A stretch of DNA of 64,000 bases, from positions 11,780,001-11,844,000 of the forward strand of contig OX597838.1 of the NCBI GenBank assembly GCA_951406725.2, in the 5' to 3' direction. How positions within the stretch are numbered: position 1 is the stretch's first letter; the number at the start of each line of letters is the position of its first letter. The stretch comes from Octopus vulgaris. Lineage: Eukaryota. The notes under the pieces are model-generated. The model saw nothing but the letters and a program-made list of their open reading frames with translations, had not been told where the DNA came from and did not search any database. Position numbers and translations under genes: made by a program. Below are positions 55,970 to 64,000 of the stretch, one piece after another.

Positions 55970-57300
55970 TCTATTTTAGCCAAGTTCTTGGTAGAATTTT
56001 TGTTTTGTTCAAAGAAACGTTGACGTTTCTCATACCGGCGGATCCTTTGTGCTTTGGCAAGGATATCTTGCTTTAGCTTTTCTTTTACCCCTGCTAAAAG
56101 TTTTTCTGTAATGTTGTATTTGCACAGTATTTTTGTTGCCTTCTTGTTGCTTAGTAGTGTTGATTGTCTACTAATTTCTTTAAGAATTGACAGATCTTTT
56201 CTCTTATTTTTCTGTTTTTTTAAAAAAATATTATTTATCTACAGGGTGGTAGTACTCCTGTTTGGATGGGTTTGAGGGAGTATCCAGCTTCTTTTGTGGC
56301 TGCAGTGGCTGCTGCATATATTATGTCATTTACCTCGGTGATATTACTATTTGTTTCCGTGGCTATTAGTTCTGTGACGGCCAGGTTCATGCTATTTATC
56401 ATTGATGTTGTTTTATTGTCTAGTTTGATTTTGGGGAGGTATAATCGGTAGTCCATTCTGAGATCTGTGGTTTTCAGTTCTTTGATTATTCTAGTTTTTA
56501 TAGTATCATAATCATTAGGTTCCCTTTCACTGTTTCCAGGTTCTAGATTTGTTTCGCCTTCCTTCTCATTCATATGTTTGTCTGTGGTGTTTTGGATTGG
56601 TGCTTTTTGTATATTATTATACATCCCTACGGTCTGGGTTTGTTGTTTTTGTTTACTTCGTGTTTGTTGGGAATGTTACGTCTGTCTTCGTGTTTTACTA
56701 TCTCAGTTTTTATATTATTTCGCATTGCTGTGTGGCTACTATCTACATTATCCTGTTGTATTTTTCCTTTTAAATGTTCTATTCCTATTTCTGATATTTT
56801 TTTACGTTGAGAATATATCCGTATGTTAGCTAGTTTATTAGGGTTCATTGCTGTATCCAAGTCTTTATTTAGGTTATTTTTCTTCCAGATTTTATATGTA
56901 TATGTTGTTGTTTTCGTTCGTTGAGTAGAGCACTGCTGTAAAATAAGCGTGTAGGATTGAAATATATTCCTCACGTGTCCGTTTATGCCTTTTTGATTTC
57001 ATTTGCAGGACATGAGGAACAACGTCCGGCCCTTTATTTTGACGATCATCATTTTCGTAGGGTACCGGTCCGTTCATTTCTGTTGTTAAATTGTTTTGCA
57101 CGTGTAGTTTTTCGTACTTTTTGTGTAACAAGTTTAAAGTACGCACTTCCCGATTTTTATTCTTGGGTTGAATAATACCGTTATTATTTAATTTATTTGT
57201 AATTATTTTGTACATGCTGTTTGGGGCCGGAGATGGTCTGGTGTTGATGGATCGTAATGCATCAAGCATGTCTACATGTGCTGTTCGAGCAGTGGAGATG
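55970..57300 (-). mobile_element. R4/Dong-clade retrotransposon, 5' part of the ORF (pre-RT), degenerate
   Basis: KRHKRTREEYISILHAYF; NKLANIR; RLYLPKIK; ITEVNDIIYAAATA; RKDLSIL; EKLKQDILAKAQRIRRYEKRQRFFEQN. Confidence 0.85.
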
Positions 57301-57489
57301 ACATCCAGTTAAAATACATCATTTCATTTGGAAAAATAGAAATAAATTTCAATGAGTATTACTTACTCGGATATAGTCCAACTTTTTGTCAGCTATTTTT
57401 GGTTTCATGCGATGTCTTTAGTTCTGATTTTTTAGGTAAATTTCGGAGCAGTACTTTATCGCTTTCACAGGTTAAACGACCTGTCTTTA

Positions 57490-58140
<651 letters not shown>

Positions 58141-59580
58141 GCGGCAAGTTGGCAGAATCGTTAGCAAGATGGACAAAATGCTTTGCGGCATTTCGTCCTT
58201 TTTTTATGTTGAGTTCAAATGCTACCGGGGTCGAGAATTTGTTTTAATCCTTTCTGGCTCCATAAAATAATTACCAGTTGAGCACTGGAGTCGACGTAAT
58301 CGACCACGAAACTGCTGGTCTTCTCCCAGATCTGAAACCATTACTATTATCCGTGGCAGAGTCGTTAGGAGGTCCGTCTTTACGTTATGAGATCAAGTAT
58401 CGTCGAGGTCAATTTTGCCTTTCATCCTTCTGAGGAAATGATCAGATAAAATAAGGTACCAGTTGAACCCCATAAATTTTAAGTTTTGTATCTACAACGG
58501 AGAGGAATTATTACTAATAATCCAGCAAGCTGGCGGAGCTTAGCACACCGAATAAAATGCTTCACGGCGTTTAGTCCGTCCTTTCGTTCTGAGTTCAAAT
58601 TCTCCTGCTGTCATCTTTGCCTTGCATCCTTTCGGGGTCGATAAAATAAGTACCATTTGATCTCTGGGGTCGATGTAATCGATTAGCAGCCTCCTCTGAA
58701 CTTGCTGGTCTTGTGCCAAAATCTGAAACCATTATTAAAGTAGCGAGCTGGCAGAATTGTTAGCACGCTGGACAAAATGCTTAGCGGCATTTGGTCCGTC
58801 TTTAAGTACCACTTGAAAACTGGGGAAGGGGCCTCGATGTAAATCGACAAGAAATCTTCCCCTAAACTTGCTGACCTTGTGCTAAAATATGAAACCGAAA
58901 TTATTATTATAGTAGGTAAGGCGGTGAGCTGGCAGAATTGTTAGCGCGTCGAACAAAACGCTTAACGGTATTTCAGTATTTTAATGAAAAGTCGGCAAGC
59001 TGGCAGAAACGTTAGCACGTCGGGCGAAATGCTTAGCAGTATTTCGTCTGCCGCTACGTTCTGAGTTCGAATTCCGCCGAGGTCGACTTTGCTTTTCATT
59101 CTTTCGGGGTCGATTAAATAAGTACCAGTAACGCACTGGGGTCGATATAATCGACTTAATACCGTTTGTCTGTTCTTGTTTGTCCCCTCTGTGTTTAGCC
59201 CCTTGTGGGTAATAAAGAAATAGGTATTTCAGTATTTCAGAAGGGCGGCGAGCTGGCAGAAACGTTAGCACGCCGGGCGAAATGCTTAGCCGTATTTCGT
59301 CTGCCGCTACGTTCTGAGTTCAAATTCCGCCGAGGTCGACTTTGCCTTTCATTCTTTCGGGGTCGATTAAATAAGTACCAGTTACGCACTGGGGTCGATA
59401 TAATCGGCTCAATCCGTTTGTCTGTCCTTGTTTGTCCTCTCTGTGTTTAGCCCCTTGTGGGTAGTAAAGAAATAAGTACTTTAGTATTTCGGTATTTCTT
59501 GCAGCTTTACATTTTGAGTTCAAATCTCGCCGAGTTCATCTTTGCTTTTCATCCTTTCTGGAGTTGATGAACTAAGTACA
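58141..59580 (+). mobile_element. Co-oriented cluster of about seven SINE B-type units, old and young
   Basis: Heads (gc.agctggcagaa..gttagc) at ~58141, 58523, 58741, 58920, 58993 and 59244, plus further cores. Confidence 0.85.
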
Positions 59581-60173
59581 AGTCAAGTATGATAGGCTAA
59601 TCTCTTGTCACAATTGTGCTTAAACTAGAAACAATTACTATTGTTGTTGTGGAGGGAGTGGTAATGGTATTAGTGAAGATAAGGATGAGAATAGTGGTGG
59701 AGTTCGGAGTGTTGTGGTAGTTGCTGCGTTGCTAGTGTTGCAAAGTGGTAGTAGTAGCAGTGGTAGTAAAAAGGAAACGGGATATATACTTTAAATGAAA
59801 AGTCGCCATTTTGACACTGGCAATTAAGCACAAATATCGATCGCTAATATGGGGACAAGGCCTGAAATTTAGTAAAATGAGGTATATATCGATCCCAGTA
59901 CTTGAGAGGCACTTCATTTTATCGATCCAGGACAGATGAAGGAGAAGTCATCCTTGGAGTAAAACGTGCACATATTGCAATCCAGCTCATATATGCGTTT
60001 ATATTTATTCAGCCCTAGACCCAACATGCATGAATTTCTCCAAAAGTATATTCAAAGACATCAAACATGTTAAAAATATATGGATATATAAAAAATATAT
60101 AGAGTAATCAATACATTAAAAATATGCGTATAAAAATATATAAATATATAGACATATAAATATATAAATATAT

Positions 60174-60333
60174 AGGCTGTGTGGTAAGTAGCTTGTTTAC
60201 CAGTCACATGGTTCCGGGTTCAGTCCCACTGCGTGGCACCTTGGGCAAGTGTCTTCTACTATAGCCTCGGGCCGACCAAAGCCTTGTGAATGGATTTGGT
60301 AGACGGAAACTGAAAGAAGCCCGTCGTATATAC

Positions 60334-60395
<62 letters not shown>

Positions 60396-60620
60396 GCGTG
60401 TGTGTGTTTGTGTGTCTGTGTTTGTCCCCCTAGCATTGCTTGACAACCGATGCTGGTGTGTTTATGTCCCCCGTTACTTAGCGGTTCGGCCAAAGTGACC
60501 GATAGAATAAGTACTGGGCTTACAAAAGAATAAGTCCCGGGGTCGAGTTGCTCGATTAAAGGCAGTGCTCCAGCATGTCCGCGGTCAGATGACTGAAACA
60601 CGTAAAAGAGAGAAAGAGAG
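60174..60620 (+). mobile_element. SINE family A
   Basis: Consensus match. Confidence 0.9.
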
Positions 60621-60982
60621 ATATACATTAAAAATATATTGAAAAAATAAATACATATATAGGTCGACTTGCAGATTATAAAACGAAATCATAAAAAGAG
60701 TTAAGAGTCTATAAGATGAAAAGTTTGGGTGGCACTAATCCAGTTAATAACCCTACGGCCGTCATAAAGAAAAGTTATTTACATCTATTATTGGACACCA
60801 CCTCCTTCATCAGGGAATATAAATTCCTAAAATGGCTCACATGTACTGCGTTTTTCTAAAGGGAATTACCTACTGAATGGTTTTATAGAGCTATATGCAA
60901 AAGACTAGGTGTTGGAAGTGTTTTTGAGTGGTTGGAGGAGGAGATGCAAAGCATGAAAAGATGGAATTCCGAGCCGTTCAGG

Positions 60983-62120
60983 TAATTGCGAACCTTGTCA
61001 TGGGTTACCTAGAGCTTAAAATATATCAATCATCACTACAAATATATGGCACCTCATTTCATTGCTATCTAAAGAAGAACTGGAAGAGGCGTTTGGATGA
61101 TTGCTTTATACTTTGGAAAGACAGCATGGGCAAACTCCTCGATTTCAAAATAATGCTTAACAATATTAAAAGAAAGATACAATTCACTATAGAGCACAGC
61201 AGTGAACAACTCCCTTTTCTTGACATCCTAATCAAAATAGTCAATAACCACATCGAAACTGACATCTTCTATAAACCCACAGATTCTAAACAATACCCAT
61301 TAGTCAACTCATGCCACCCCAAACACATAAAAATTAATATACCTTATAATCTAGCGAAAAGAATATGTACCATAGTTTCGGATACCTATACTCGTGAACG
61401 AAGACTCCTTGAACTCAGATCAATACTAATCAAAAGTCATTACCCAATATCATTAATAAATGATGGCATTAAACAAGCTATGAAAATAGATATACGAACA
61501 TTAAGGGAAGCCAACCGAAATACTAAACCAGACTTTAAAATGCTCCCATACATCTCCACACATAGCCCTAGAAGCAACGAAATCCTAAACATTATCAATC
61601 AAAATCTTCCCTTCCTTACAGGAGATAAAACAATGAACAAAATGTTAGGCTCACACAAGATTATCAAGAGCAAAATGCAACCTAAATCATTGAAAAAAAT
61701 ATTAATCAGCGCAAGACTATATCCATTAACAACAGAACTAAAAGTGAAAAAATGTGGTCGTCCTTACTGTGGTACATGCCCCCATCTTTTGGAGGGTTCA
61801 GAATTCCATTTTAAACAAGGTGAAATATTTAAGATCAAATAAAATTTCACCTGTGCCTCGGAAAATCTAATCTATGCCATTACATGCTTAGGGTGTGGTA
61901 ATAACTATATTGGCCAAACAGAAATATCACTCCGTCGAAGAACCACTCTCCACAAAGAACAAATCCGCCACCCACAATACAAACAGATACAGGTTAGTGA
62001 ACACATAGAAAGGTGTGCTAGGAATCTTAATCCTAATTTCCTAATTTTCCCCTTCTATCGATGTTCACAGAACACCTCAGGTAACTTTCATAAATAAATA
62101 TCTTCCACAACTCAATATGA
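60983..62120 (+). mobile_element. Penelope-like element (Neptune-type): RT C-half, Cys-rich linker, GIY-YIG; 5'-truncated, in-frame stop
   Basis: ANLVMGYLE; RRLDDCFILW; LPFLDI; TDIFYKPTDSKQY...SCHPKH; KKCGRPYCGTC; after TAA 61840-61842, NLIYAITCLGCGNNYIGQT...R...H. Confidence 0.92.
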
Positions 62121-62970
62121 ACACATAACATAAAACAGAACACTACTAACCTTTCAATTAATAACACTAACCCCCATACATCCCATACACCATTCATATT
62201 ACAGATCTATATCTATCCTAATTGCACCAAATCCAGAACTACTTACCTCCCTTACTCATAATTCTTTTACTCAGGGACTAGTAGACCTGACACTGTTCAT
62301 TAATCGGTGTGCATTCAAAGCAATGATTGCTAAATTCACGAAACCGGTATGCTTTTTAATCTCTTTAACAATTCGCAAGAATGACTTTTATTACTTTTAT
62401 TCCTACCTCAGTTCACTTAATTGTATATATCTATCGTTACTTTTCATAAAAAGCCTTTACTTTTTTTGATTTCCAATGTGCATTTTCGCTTATTTTCCTT
62501 CTTACTTTTCCCATTCATTTCCACGTGTAGTTTCTATTTTCTTTTTGTAACATATTTCTATTATATATATATAATAAATTCAGGGTGAATACTTGATAAA
62601 TGTAAGCACCTGTATATGCCAGCTTGTAGCATAGGTGAGAGGATATATGTATCAAATGAAATAAAATGAAAAACAGGACACAAAAGATGTTGCGGTTCAT
62701 ATGTTTCGAGCTTTATAGAACAACTTATTCTTACATCAATGCATAATCGACATAACAGATAGTTCAAAAGCCATCTTCAGTCGAATGCAATTGCTACACC
62801 AAAGACTTGTATCACATTATGAAAGGTTTGAGAAAAAACATTTGGTATTGTTTATAATGGTAGGTAAGCCGAGCATCACTGGGAAAGTATGTTTGTAAAT
62901 CTTCATAGGCGTACATGGTATTATTAGACTCCCCCCCAAATCGTCTATACCGTTTTCTCACTCAATATAG

Positions 62971-63030
<60 letters not shown>

Positions 63031-63358
63031 GACTACAGTGTAGCTATGTATTGATAGGTGCATGTATGTATGTATGTATATATATATATATATATATATT
63101 AAAATATATATATATATATTAAATATGTGGAACACTGCTATAGTGGCAGTAATGAAGTGATGGAGTTGACGGTGGGCCAGACTAGATGTTTTATAATAAA
63201 ACTAGTACCAGTCATACACTGAGGATCGACCAAACTAAGTCTGTCTATCTTTCTTACCTTCCTCAATACATTTTTGATCCCACACTACTGTTAGAAATCA
63301 AAATATTTTTATATATCTATTTGTCTTAATATCTCTACTTTCTTTCTTTCCTCTCTTG

Positions 63359-63820
<462 letters not shown>

Positions 63821-64000
63821 ATTTGTCTGTGTATTTAACAATACTATCTATTTGTATGTCCATCTGTGTGTCTGATATATACCGAAACACGTTTAGAAGC
63901 AGTAAACATAGACACACATAACATCATGTATGTGTGCGTGCACGCATATACATATGTATGTACGCATACACGCACACACACGCGCACACACACTCACACG

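Overview
Eukaryotic, AT-rich, microsatellite-saturated genomic DNA. I recognise the SINE/LINE complement as coleoid cephalopod (Octopus-like), but that is pattern recognition, not a database result. Nearly all listed ORFs are translations of simple repeats. One host gene is supported: an SLC46/PCFT-like MFS transporter with its whole membrane core in one exon (13049-14522, +), ending at a GTAAGT donor; its last exon is uncertain. The rest is transposon debris: two abundant tRNA-like SINE families (called A and B here), Penelope-like (PLE) RT/GIY-YIG fragments, R4/Dong-, RTE-, CR1-like and L1/Tx1-like LINE fragments, mariner remnants, and a TIR/8-bp-TSD MITE with internal telomeric repeats. The most interesting signal is at least four sequence-distinct families of ~150-200 bp non-coding elements at (TA)n tracts, each carrying a minimal type-I hammerhead-ribozyme-like fold. 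One of them forms a perfect head-to-head palindrome with a ribozyme motif on each strand. The window also holds several (TA)n-anchored fold-back duplications and SINE self-insertions with recurrent junctions.
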